51,046 nt of DNA from positions 1 to 51,046 of the forward strand of contig JASFQI010000001.1 of assembly GCA_050115555.1 (NCBI GenBank). The letters are read 5' to 3'. The number at the start of each line of letters is the position of its first letter. Positions within the stretch are counted from its first letter, which is position 1. Of this stretch, positions 17,622 to 26,069 are shown piece after piece. This DNA comes from Desulfobacteraceae bacterium. Lineage in GTDB: Bacteria > Desulfobacterota > DSM-4660 > Desulfatiglandales > HGW-15. A program made the translations under genes and the position numbers. The notes under the pieces were generated by a model. That model was not told the DNA's origin. It ran no database searches and was given only the letters and a program-made list of their open reading frames with translations.

Positions 17622-17725
17622 GCCTCGTTCCTCCTTTTTGCCGCAGGCGGTTTATTCATGGAATAACCGAATGGCTTTGTTGTATTGTTTCGTAAGCACA
17701 AACAATAGGATATTCTATTGTGTAT

Positions 17726-17750
17726 TGGCGGCTTCGCGTCTTGGCGAGAG
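17726..17750. repeat. Half-copy of the 'ctcgccaagacgc' repeat
   Basis: ttggcggcttcgcgtcttggcgagag resembles the right arm of 15119-15149 (cttcgcgatctttggcgagag). It lies 4 nt downstream of the stop of gene 17755-19638. Confidence 0.4.
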
Positions 17751-17754
17751 ATCA

Positions 17755-19638
17755 TCAGCCTCGGGGACGGTCGAAACGGGACCTAAGCACCACCATGTCC
17801 CCCTCGTAGGTCGTGGTTACCTCGTACGGCAGCTTCTTGAAGAGGGTGATCATGGCCCGGTTCGTGGGGTCTGCATAGGCCGTGAATCCGCGGATTCCCT
17901 GCTCCCTCGCGGTTTCCGTGAGCTTTCCCTGGAGGATGGAGGAGATCCCATTTCCCTGCCACTCCCCATCCACGCTGTAGGCGACCTCGGCTGTATTCGT
18001 AGAAGGTTCATGAAAGTATCCTGCCACGGAAATGATCTTTTCGAAGCCCGGATCGCCGATCACGGCCACAATGGCCATGTCGTGGATGTAATCCACCTGG
18101 AACACGCCGGCCACGTCCTCCCGAAAGAACGCGGTTTTCTCATGCATAAAGCGCCGGATCACATCCCGGCGATCCATGTTGTAGAAGTGCTCCTGGACGC
18201 CGCGCTCGTCCGTGGGACGGGCGGGACGAAAGAGCACACGCTGGCCCTTGATCTCCCGAACCTCCTCGATCTTGAGGGGGTAAACGCTTCGAATGGTCTC
18301 GGCCAGGGTCCGTTCGGGCCCCAGAAGCCCCAGTTTTTTGGCCTCGTGGAAGAGCTCGTCCCGGAAGTCGGGGTGGGCGATGCTGATCATGGCAATGGCC
18401 CGTTCCTGGAGGCTTTTTCCGAAGAGGTTCACCATGCCGTACTCGGTGACCACGTACTGCACGTCGCCCCGCGGGACGACCACGGGAATATCTCCCAGAG
18501 AGGAGACGATGCGGCTGCTCTTTCCGTCCATGGTAGTGGAGAGGAGCATCAGGATGTTCTTCCCGCCCGGGGAAAGGCTCGCCCCTCGAACGAAGTCCAT
18601 GATCCCGTTCACGCCGGAAAAGTGGTTGTAAGGCAGGGCGTCGACCGCGGCCTGCCCTGTGAGGTCCATGGCCATGGCCATGTTAATGGCCACCATTCGG
18701 TTGTGCCGGGAGATGATCCCCGGGTCGTTCACCACGTCCGAGGGGTGAAACTCGATGCCTGGGTTGTCGTGCAGGAACTCGTAGAGATCGCTGGAGCCGA
18801 TGGCGCCGCTCGCCACGAGCTTGCCCTCGTTGAATCCTTTCCTGCGGTTCGTGATCACACCTGTGGCCACCAGGCCCATGACCCCGTCGCTCAGGAACTG
18901 GGTGTGGACCCCCAGGTCGTTCTTGTCCGAGAGCCCTGTGAGAAGGGCCTGAGGCGTGGCCCCGAGGCTGATCTGGAGCGTGGACCCGTCCTCGATGAGC
19001 TTGGCCGCGTGCTGGCCGATGAGGTTGGCCGAAGGGACGTCCGGGGGGCGGCCCACCGTGAGAAGCTCTTCTTCCTGTTCCACAAAGGCATCCACCTCCT
19101 GGACGTGGATGAAGCTCCTTCCCATGACCCTCGGCATGCGGGGGTTCACCTGGGCGATGACGAGATCGGCTGACTGGGCGGCCGCCAGGGTGATGTCCAC
19201 ACTCACTCCCAGGCTCATCCAGCCGAAGTCGTCCGGCTCGGACACCTGAATCAGGGCCACGTGGATGGGCAGCTGCCGCGTTTTGAAAAGGCGGGGTACG
19301 GCCGACAGGTTGATGGGCGTGAGAAAGCGCTTGTTCCGGCTAAGGGCCCGGGGTTTGGCCGATCCCAGGTAGAAGGTACGCAGATTCAGGGTCTGGCAGG
19401 CCGTTTCGTCCGCCATCATGGTCAGAGGGACGGTTTCCAGGCTCAGGAGACGCACGATTTCAAGGTCCGAGAAGCCCGAGGAACGCGCTGCCAGCTCACG
19501 CACCAGGGCTTGAGGCTCCCCGCAGGAAGAGCCGGTGAAGACACGCTGCCCCCTGCGAATCCGTCCGATGGCCTCGGAGGCGGAGCACCGTTTGGCCAGG
19601 TAGGAATCCGGCCAGTATCCTTGGGCTCTCTCTCTCAT
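17755..19638 (-). CDS. Acetyl-CoA hydrolase/CoA-transferase-family domain fused to a Pat-type GNAT acetyltransferase
   Basis: The N-terminal ~430 aa look like family-I CoA-transferase (Cat/AbfT-like). The C-terminal FRPARPTDERGVQEHFYNMDRRDVIRRFMHEKTAFFREDVAGVFQVDYIHDMAIVAVIG..VDGEWQGNGISSIL resembles the GNAT domain of protein lysine acetyltransferase Pat. Confidence 0.85.
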   Translation of the reverse strand: MRERAQGYWPDSYLAKRCSASEAIGRIRRGQRVFTGSSCGEPQALVRELAARSSGFSDLEIVRLLSLETVPLTMMADETACQTLNLRTFYLGSAKPRALSRNKRFLTPINLSAVPRLFKTRQLPIHVALIQVSEPDDFGWMSLGVSVDITLAAAQSADLVIAQVNPRMPRVMGRSFIHVQEVDAFVEQEEELLTVGRPPDVPSANLIGQHAAKLIEDGSTLQISLGATPQALLTGLSDKNDLGVHTQFLSDGVMGLVATGVITNRRKGFNEGKLVASGAIGSSDLYEFLHDNPGIEFHPSDVVNDPGIISRHNRMVAINMAMAMDLTGQAAVDALPYNHFSGVNGIMDFVRGASLSPGGKNILMLLSTTMDGKSSRIVSSLGDIPVVVPRGDVQYVVTEYGMVNLFGKSLQERAIAMISIAHPDFRDELFHEAKKLGLLGPERTLAETIRSVYPLKIEEVREIKGQRVLFRPARPTDERGVQEHFYNMDRRDVIRRFMHEKTAFFREDVAGVFQVDYIHDMAIVAVIGDPGFEKIISVAGYFHEPSTNTAEVAYSVDGEWQGNGISSILQGKLTETAREQGIRGFTAYADPTNRAMITLFKKLPYEVTTTYEGDMVVLRSRFDRPRG

Positions 19639-19770
19639 GGGAAAAGTCTATCCGGACCGGCCGGGGTTTTCAAAGGATTTCTGGGCATCACACCGGGGCA
19701 CCGGGTCGCTGCCGCGGGTTAGGGATGCGGCCGGCCGACCGGAAGGACGGATCGAGGGAAAGGGTGTGCC

Positions 19771-20250
19771 TCAGCGGTCCTTTTTCAGGTCCATGATCAC
19801 ACCGCGTGTGGTACGCGTGAGGGCCTCCGGGGCCAGGGAGAAGAGGGAATGCGGGGTTCCGGCGGCGGCCCAGAGCACCTCGTGATGGAGGAGATCGGCG
19901 TCGATGTACACCGGGATTTCAGACTTGTGCCCAAAAGGCGGCACTCCGCCCACGGCAAAACCGGTGAGGCGAAGGACCTCCTCGGCCGGGGCCTGCTTGA
20001 TCTTCTTTCGCCCTACCTGGTACCGCGCGGCAAGCTTCTTTTCATCCAGGCGATTGGGGCCGCTCACGAGGGTCATGACCGGTCGACCGTCGACCAGAAA
20101 CAAAAGGGACTTGACGATCTGCGCGGGATCGCAGCCCACGGCCCGGGCCGCGTCCTCAGCGGTTCTCGTCGGGGCTTCGAATTCACGTACTTCCACGGAG
20201 AACCCTTGTCGCCGGGCTTCCTCAGTGACAATGGACGCAGGGGAGTCCAT
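19771..20250 (-). CDS. YbaK/EbsC-family aminoacyl-tRNA trans-editing domain protein
   Basis: Trimmed to the ATG at 20250 (MDSPASIV) because GGAGG lies 6 nt upstream. Motifs: IVKSLLFLVDGRPVMTLVSG..GFAVGGVPPFGH. Confidence 0.8.
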   Translation of the reverse strand: MDSPASIVTEEARRQGFSVEVREFEAPTRTAEDAARAVGCDPAQIVKSLLFLVDGRPVMTLVSGPNRLDEKKLAARYQVGRKKIKQAPAEEVLRLTGFAVGGVPPFGHKSEIPVYIDADLLHHEVLWAAAGTPHSLFSLAPEALTRTTRGVIMDLKKDR

Positions 20251-20435
20251 GGCAACCTCCAAGTGGTCGAAAAGCATAAAGGATTCTTGCCCTTGGGTCA
20301 AGGACCCGAATGGATTGCTCCTTGACAGGATATGGGGCTTGGCATAAGAATGAACCTCACCCATGGAAAGGAACCATGGGCTTATCATTTGTACCTATCG
20401 GCGCAAACCCTTCGATGCCTCAAGGAGGAGATGCC

Positions 20436-21731
20436 ATGTCGACTGTCAATAAAAATGCCTCTCCGGAATTCGAAAAGGCCTTGGCCATCGGCCGGCCGCC
20501 GCATATCGCCCGCTTGTTTCCAAATTCAAGGGCCCTGATCGTCAGCGGGAAGGTCATCGATCGAGCCATGCTGGCCAAGGGCAAGGCCATCGCTATCGCG
20601 GCCAATGCGAGGAACCACCTCGTCCTGCGCGGGACGCTGCTGGCGGCCCATCGGGCCAATGCCGCCATCCTGGTGGAGATCGCAAAATCCGAAGGAGGTG
20701 CGAGCGCTTACTGTGCCGTGAATTACTGGAACCTGGCACGCCAGGTGGACGCCCTGTGTAACGAGTTGGGCATCACCGTACCTGTGGCCGTGCACGCCGA
20801 TCACTACGGCATCAAGAGCGCAGGGGATGTGGAAGCGGCCAGGGTGGAGATCCCCACGATGTTCGATGCGGGAATCACATCCATTGCCGTGGATGCCTCC
20901 CACCTCCCGGATGACGAGAACCTCCTCGCCAACCTCACCCTGAATCCCTACATCCCCCAATGGGCCGGGTATGAGACGGAGGTTGGAGAGATCAAGGGCA
21001 AGGAGGGGATGTCCACCGTGGAGGAGGCCCTGTTTCAGATCCAGGGCCTCAATGCAAACGACATCTTCCCGGACTGGATCGCATTGAACAACGGAACCAC
21101 CCACGGCATTCAGGACAGTGAGGCGGGCATCCATGTGGAGCTGACCGCTGAGATCCACGAGGCCCTGGCCCCCTACCGGGTCTCCGGTGCGCAGCACGGC
21201 ACGTCGGGAAACGACTCGGAAAGACTTCGGCGGATCGCCCGGGAGACCTGCACCACCAAGGCCAACGTGGCCACCGCGCTCCAGATGATCTCCTGGGGCG
21301 TGGAGGTCAATGAATACGGCAACGCCGCGCTGGACAAGGACGGCGAGTTCATCAAGCGTCCCGATCAGGGGGCGACCGATGAGGTCTGGGCGGAGATGGT
21401 GGCCTATGCGCAGGAGAAGCAATGGAAGAAGGGCGACTACAAGAAGCTGAACCTTCCGTTTGAAAACAAGCTCCTGAGGCAGAGCCGGGAGGTCCGCGAT
21501 CGCATGAGCGAGGGCGTGGCCTCCTTCGTCTACGGGTTGATCACAGAGGTGTTCAACGGCCAGGATACGGCACCCCTGGCCATCGACGCCGTCCTCGAGG
21601 CCGAATCCTACGATGTGGGTGTCAAGGGGACTCGGATCGAGGATCCGGCGGAATGGACCGAAGGCAAGATTCGGGAACGGGCCTCAGCCAGCCAGCGGGA
21701 ACGCGGTCCGGCCGGAGACTTTGACGACTGA
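20436..21731 (+). CDS. fba: Class II fructose/ketose-bisphosphate aldolase (long form)
   Basis: Trimmed to the ATG at 20436, preceded by AAGGAGGAG. Motifs: AVHADHYG, SIAVDASH, NNGTTHG, GAQHGTSGN. Confidence 0.8.
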   Translation: MSTVNKNASPEFEKALAIGRPPHIARLFPNSRALIVSGKVIDRAMLAKGKAIAIAANARNHLVLRGTLLAAHRANAAILVEIAKSEGGASAYCAVNYWNLARQVDALCNELGITVPVAVHADHYGIKSAGDVEAARVEIPTMFDAGITSIAVDASHLPDDENLLANLTLNPYIPQWAGYETEVGEIKGKEGMSTVEEALFQIQGLNANDIFPDWIALNNGTTHGIQDSEAGIHVELTAEIHEALAPYRVSGAQHGTSGNDSERLRRIARETCTTKANVATALQMISWGVEVNEYGNAALDKDGEFIKRPDQGATDEVWAEMVAYAQEKQWKKGDYKKLNLPFENKLLRQSREVRDRMSEGVASFVYGLITEVFNGQDTAPLAIDAVLEAESYDVGVKGTRIEDPAEWTEGKIRERASASQRERGPAGDFDD

Positions 21732-21770
21732 TTGAATCTCCCCGCAATCCCGCCAGAGGCGGGACGGGGA
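21732..21770 (+). repeat. REP-like GC hairpin (family 'ttgaatc-ccccgca..cgggacgggga'), possibly the fba terminator
   Basis: ttgaatc + tccccgcaatcccgccagaggcgggacgggga forms two 6-bp stems around an internal loop. It is nearly identical to 25026-25063. Confidence 0.5.
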
Positions 21771-21814
21771 GTCCCAAATGATAAGGAATTCTGCTCACAT
21801 GATTGTCGCTCCCT

Positions 21815-21865
21815 AGCCCAGCCCCGCTGACAGCGGGACTGGGCTTGTGCGAGCGAGGCATCTTC
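21815..21865 (+). repeat. Second GC hairpin plus 'gcgagcga' tail
   Basis: Hairpin agcccagccccgctgacagcgggactgggct followed by tgtgcgagcgaggcatcttc. The tail matches the tail of 25064-25084 (atgcgcgagcgaaacattttc). Confidence 0.45.
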
Positions 21866-22906
21866 ATGGAACAGCCGGAAACGCAAGAGGCGAGCCCGCA
21901 TATCTGGGTGGAGGACCTGAAGGAAAACGACCTGGTGGAGGGTCTCTACCTGGCTAAGGTCAAACGCCTGGGCACGACCCGCAAGGGCGATCCCTTTCTG
22001 AGCGTCACCCTGGCGGATCGCACCGGCGATGTGGAGGCCCGGGTGTGGGACGAGGCCGACGTGCTGAGTGCCCGTTTCAGCGAAGGGGACGTCATTTCGG
22101 TGACAGGGCGTGCGGGCTCGTACCGCAACGAGGTGCAGCTCGTGCTCACGCGCGCGGAGCGGGTGGAGGAGGTGGAAAATCCGGCCCTGTTCCTGGAATC
22201 CTCGAGCCGGGACGTGCGCGAAATGATGACGGCCTTGCGCGAGCTCCTTGGGACCCTCCAAAACCGGGATCTGCGAAGGCTTACGGAGCGATTCCTCGCG
22301 GACCGGGAGTTCACCGGTCGATTCAAGAAGGCCCCGGCGGCCAAGAACTTTCACCACGGATACCTGGGCGGACTCCTCGAACACACCCTGTCCGTGTGTG
22401 AGCTTGTCGACGCCGCGGCCTCTCATTATCCGGAGTTGGACCGGGACCTTCTCCTGTGCGGTGCCTTTCTCCACGACGTGGGGAAGATTCGGGAATACAC
22501 CTACCGGACCCACATCGATTACTCGGATGAGGGTCGCCTCCTGGGACACGTGGTGCTGGGCGCGGTCATGCTGGAGGAGAGGCTGGCCGCTTTGAAGTCC
22601 TTTCCGCGTGAGCTTGCCATGCGTCTCAAGCACCTTGTGATCAGTCACCACGGGGAGTTTGAGTTCGGATCGCCCAAGCGGCCCAAGTTCCTCGAAGCTT
22701 TCGTTCTCCATCTGCTCGACGACCTGGACGCCAAGGTGAACGGCCTGGGTCGGTTCATGGCACGGGACCGGAAAGAGGGGGCCTGGACGGACTTCAACCG
22801 CCTGTTCGAGCGGTATTTCCTGAAAGGGGGTATCGAAGAGGGGGATTCGGACGGCCCTCCTTCGGAGGAGGAGGTGGAGAAACAACGCCCGCTGTTTTCG
22901 CCGTGA
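21866..22906 (+). CDS. YhaM-like OB-fold + HD-domain 3'-5' exoribonuclease/phosphohydrolase
   Basis: Trimmed to the ATG at 21866 (MEQPETQ). The OB part is GDPFLSVTLADRTGDVEARVWD. The HD part is HHGYLGGLLEHTLSV..GAFLHDVGK..ISHHGEFEFGSPKRPK. Confidence 0.8.
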   Translation: MEQPETQEASPHIWVEDLKENDLVEGLYLAKVKRLGTTRKGDPFLSVTLADRTGDVEARVWDEADVLSARFSEGDVISVTGRAGSYRNEVQLVLTRAERVEEVENPALFLESSSRDVREMMTALRELLGTLQNRDLRRLTERFLADREFTGRFKKAPAAKNFHHGYLGGLLEHTLSVCELVDAAASHYPELDRDLLLCGAFLHDVGKIREYTYRTHIDYSDEGRLLGHVVLGAVMLEERLAALKSFPRELAMRLKHLVISHHGEFEFGSPKRPKFLEAFVLHLLDDLDAKVNGLGRFMARDRKEGAWTDFNRLFERYFLKGGIEEGDSDGPPSEEEVEKQRPLFSP

Positions 22907-23008
22907 GGAAGAGAAAAGTCCGTGAATCGTGGTTCGTGAATTGTAACCGGTCCCGTGGCTTGGACTTTTCTACGATTCCGCGATACGGAGGAGGACATTT
23001 CAAGATCA

Positions 23009-23959
23009 ATGGATATCTTGTTTGCAGCCAATGAAACCGCCTGGGGGGGATTCCTGGGCATGATCCGCGAGGCATTGCCCGAGCACCGGTTCGTCGCGAC
23101 CGGAGGATTCCACGTGGATTCCCTGGCCGGTTACGACGTCCTGATTCCCACGATGACGTCCATCACCCGGGAGATTCTGGAGACGGGGGATCGGCTTCAC
23201 CTGGTGCAGCAGTGTGGCGCAGGGCTGGAAGGCGTGGACCGGAAGGCGGCCCGGGATCTGGGAATTTCAGTGGCCAACGTGCCCACGGATGAGTCGGGTA
23301 ATGCGGATTCCGTGGCCGAGATCGGTGTCTACTTAATGATCGGACTGGCACGGGATACGTATGGCATGGCGAGGAGCCTGGCCGCGAAAAAGATGGGAGA
23401 GCCGCGCGGCATGGCACTTTCCGGTCGCGTGGCAGGGGTGGTGGGCCTCGGAGGAATCGGCCGGGCCCTGGTTCGGCGTCTCAAGGCGTTCGACGTCCGC
23501 GTGATCGGAATCAAGCGCAGCGATCCGGAGAGGGCCCGGAAGGAGCTGGGGTTAGAATGGGTTGGGAAGCCGGAGGACCTGAGTGAGCTCCTGGCACGAT
23601 CCGACTTCGTACTCCTGAGTCTCCCCCTCGATGAGGCAACGCGGGACCTGATGAACCGGGAAACGTTGGCTCGGATGAAGCCCGGGGCCTTCCTGATCAA
23701 CCTCTCACGGGGCGGTCTGGTGGATCGGGATGCCCTGGAGGAGGCCCTGGCCGAGGGCCGAATAGGCGGGGCGGGGCTCGACGTGTTCTGGGAGGAACCG
23801 CCGGACCCGGACGACCCGATCTTCCGACACAACGTGCTGGCCACGCCCCACGTGGCAGGATCCACGGATGTCTCCATGGGAGGGATCGTTGCCGCCGTAG
23901 CCGAAAACATTCGACGTGTGGCGCGCGGGGCGCGCCCGCTGAACATTCAGGCCCCGTGA
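23009..23959 (+). CDS. D-isomer-specific 2-hydroxyacid dehydrogenase family protein
   Basis: NAD-binding VVGLGGIGRALVRRLKAFDVRVIG, followed by LINLSRGGLVD and TPHVAGST. Start taken as the ATG at 23009. Confidence 0.85.
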   Translation: MDILFAANETAWGGFLGMIREALPEHRFVATGGFHVDSLAGYDVLIPTMTSITREILETGDRLHLVQQCGAGLEGVDRKAARDLGISVANVPTDESGNADSVAEIGVYLMIGLARDTYGMARSLAAKKMGEPRGMALSGRVAGVVGLGGIGRALVRRLKAFDVRVIGIKRSDPERARKELGLEWVGKPEDLSELLARSDFVLLSLPLDEATRDLMNRETLARMKPGAFLINLSRGGLVDRDALEEALAEGRIGGAGLDVFWEEPPDPDDPIFRHNVLATPHVAGSTDVSMGGIVAAVAENIRRVARGARPLNIQAP

Positions 23960-24975
23960 GGGGCCCATTAAAAAGAGGGAATGTCATCAACGAATTTATC
24001 GACCAGAACCATCGGGTCATCAACTACCTGCGCATCTCCTTGACGGATCGGTGCAACCTGAGATGCATCTACTGCATGCCCGAGGAAGGGATTGATCCCA
24101 TTCCTCACAGTGAAGTGTTGAGCTATGAGGAACTCCTGCGGGTGGCGCAGCTTGCAGTTCGGGGCGGCATTCGAAAGGTCCGGCTCACCGGCGGAGAACC
24201 GCTGGTCCGCAAGGGGGTGATCGATTTCGTTCGACAGCTGGGTCAGCTCGATGGCCTTGAGCATATTACTCTGACCACGAATGGTGTCCTGCTGGCCCGG
24301 TACGCAGCCGACCTTCGGGACGCCGGGGTATCCCACGTCAATGTCAGCCTGGATTCTCTTAAACCCGAGCGTTACAAAGAGATCACCCGCCGGGATGCAT
24401 TCCACCAGGTTTGGGAAGGGCTTCAGGAGGCTGAAAGGCTGGGTTTTCGCCCCATCAAGATCAACGTGGTGGCCATACGCGGGGTGAACGACGATGAAAT
24501 CCTGGACTTCGCCCGGTTGAGCCTGGAGAAGCCCTATCATGTCCGGTTCATCGAGTTCATGCCGGTGGGAAAGGATAACGGCTGGGCCGGGGACCGCTTC
24601 ATTTCCACTGAGGAGATCCGGGAGCGGATTACAGCACTGGGGCCGCTTCGATCCCTGGACTCCCAACCCCTGGACGGGCCGGCCGAGCGGTTCGTCCTTC
24701 AGGGATCAAAGGGCGAGATCGGCTTTATCGGGGCCCTCTCACACCATTTCTGCTCGCGCTGCAACCGGCTGCGCCTGACCGCCGAAGGGGCCCTTCGGGG
24801 GTGCCTCTTCTCGGACGACGAGACGGATATCAAGACGTCATTGAGAAATGGTGCAACCGACGAATGCATCATGGGGTTGATCCGGCATGCCATCGCCACC
24901 AAGCCCCAAGGTCACGGCTCATTGCTTCAAAGCCCCCGCAGGTGCTCCCGCCCCATGAGCCGTATCGGCGGGTGA
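23956..24975 (+). CDS. moaA: GTP 3',8-cyclase MoaA (radical SAM, molybdenum cofactor biosynthesis)
   Basis: LRISLTDRCNLRCIYCMPEEG (CxxxCxxC), LTGGEPL, and a C-terminal CSRCNRLRLTAEGALRGCLF. The GTG at 23956 overlaps the upstream stop (GTGA). Confidence 0.9.
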   Translation: MRGPLKRGNVINEFIDQNHRVINYLRISLTDRCNLRCIYCMPEEGIDPIPHSEVLSYEELLRVAQLAVRGGIRKVRLTGGEPLVRKGVIDFVRQLGQLDGLEHITLTTNGVLLARYAADLRDAGVSHVNVSLDSLKPERYKEITRRDAFHQVWEGLQEAERLGFRPIKINVVAIRGVNDDEILDFARLSLEKPYHVRFIEFMPVGKDNGWAGDRFISTEEIRERITALGPLRSLDSQPLDGPAERFVLQGSKGEIGFIGALSHHFCSRCNRLRLTAEGALRGCLFSDDETDIKTSLRNGATDECIMGLIRHAIATKPQGHGSLLQSPRRCSRPMSRIGG

Positions 24976-25025
24976 GGCTGACGCTTGACCTCCATAAGGA
25001 TACCTCTTTTCCGGGTTTTTCCTTT

Positions 25026-25084
25026 TTGAATCACCCCGCAGTCCTGCCAAGGCGGGACGGGGAATGCGCGAGCGAAACATTTTC
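25026..25084 (+). repeat. REP-like GC hairpin plus 'gcgagcga' tail downstream of moaA
   Basis: ttgaatcaccccgcagtcctgccaaggcgggacggggaatgcgcgagcgaaacattttc combines the hairpin of 21732-21770 with the tail of 21846-21865. Confidence 0.5.
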
Positions 25085-25128
25085 AAAGAGACCCGGAAAG
25101 ATCCGGTCTGCTGCGCCGTGAGGATCCG

Positions 25129-25932
25129 TCAGGATTCGATGTCTTCCAATGTCTCGATTCGGAAGGTCGACGGGATGCGAAGCTCGAAAACGGCTTCAGG
25201 GATGTCCTGATTGAAGACCATCCGTTCGTTTTGAATGATCACCCCCCCGATTTTTTTTTCTGGCAGGTACCGCACCTCACCGGCATAGCGAACCCCTCCG
25301 CTCTCTCGAAGGTCGTCAAAGATCACTTTGAGGCGACTTCCAGGAAAGACGATACGTTCAGGCTCCAGGGTGGAGGGCCGGATCCCAAGAATCTGGATCG
25401 GCTCGCCGGAAGCTCTTCGCCACACGATTCGGGGCCCGGCCTCTGAAACCGCTGTTCCCACCGTCGGCGGTGCGGGGTAGCCTCGAAGAAGGGACCAGAC
25501 GCTTTGCAAATCCGGAGGGGAAGGGAGGAAACGCCCGAGCGTCTCCGGGGTGGCCGGTCCGATGTACCGTGTCGCCTCCTGAAATGAAACGGCTTCCAGA
25601 CGATCGTCGCTGACCAGAATGTGGAGCAGGGGACGCCCCCAGGGGTGGGTGATTTCCACCTTGATCCTCATCGGGTCGCGGGTTCCTATCACCAGGATCC
25701 GGGCCTCCTGGGACTCCACGAATCCCTTTTTCAGGACAACGGTTCCTGTGGAATAGAAGGTCAAAACGTTGTCCGCCTGGCGCTTCAGGCGATCGAGTAC
25801 CCGGGTCGTTTCGGAATCGCTGAGTGGGGGAGCTGCGGGTCGGAGGGCGGCACAACCGCTCGAAAGGACCAGGATGACCGAGAGGATCCATCGGACAATA
25901 GAGAAAGGAGAATGAAAGGATATTGCCCGCAT
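25129..25932 (-). CDS. Lipoprotein, LolB/DUF4292-like
   Basis: Trimmed to the ATG at 25932 (MRAISFHSPFSIVRWILSVILVLSSGC). A signal peptide and lipobox (LSSGC) are present. The long upstream extension in the ORF track overlaps the next gene and is rejected. Confidence 0.55.
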   Translation of the reverse strand: MRAISFHSPFSIVRWILSVILVLSSGCAALRPAAPPLSDSETTRVLDRLKRQADNVLTFYSTGTVVLKKGFVESQEARILVIGTRDPMRIKVEITHPWGRPLLHILVSDDRLEAVSFQEATRYIGPATPETLGRFLPSPPDLQSVWSLLRGYPAPPTVGTAVSEAGPRIVWRRASGEPIQILGIRPSTLEPERIVFPGSRLKVIFDDLRESGGVRYAGEVRYLPEKKIGGVIIQNERMVFNQDIPEAVFELRIPSTFRIETLEDIES

Positions 25933-26069
25933 ATCCCTCGCCCTTCGGCAGGAGAAATGAGGGCTGAGCGGACGAACGTGCCGCTGCGGGAATGCTTTTC
26001 CCTCCGGGATCCCCAGCCCACCGCTGGTGGGGCTTCTGTGAGACTCAATCCCTGAGGGAGGATATTGTC

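Noticed and set aside
15633-17666. 677-aa ORF on the plus strand, exactly antisense to acs. Similar long antisense ORFs occur at 17614-19173, 10663-11532, 34414-35757, 35821-37152 and elsewhere.
   Set aside because: The translations are Arg/Gly/Pro/His-rich low-complexity sequence with no recognisable motifs and no SD. They exactly shadow strongly supported genes. In GC-rich DNA the antisense frame of a real gene is often stop-free because the required sense codons (TTA/CTA/TCA) are rare.
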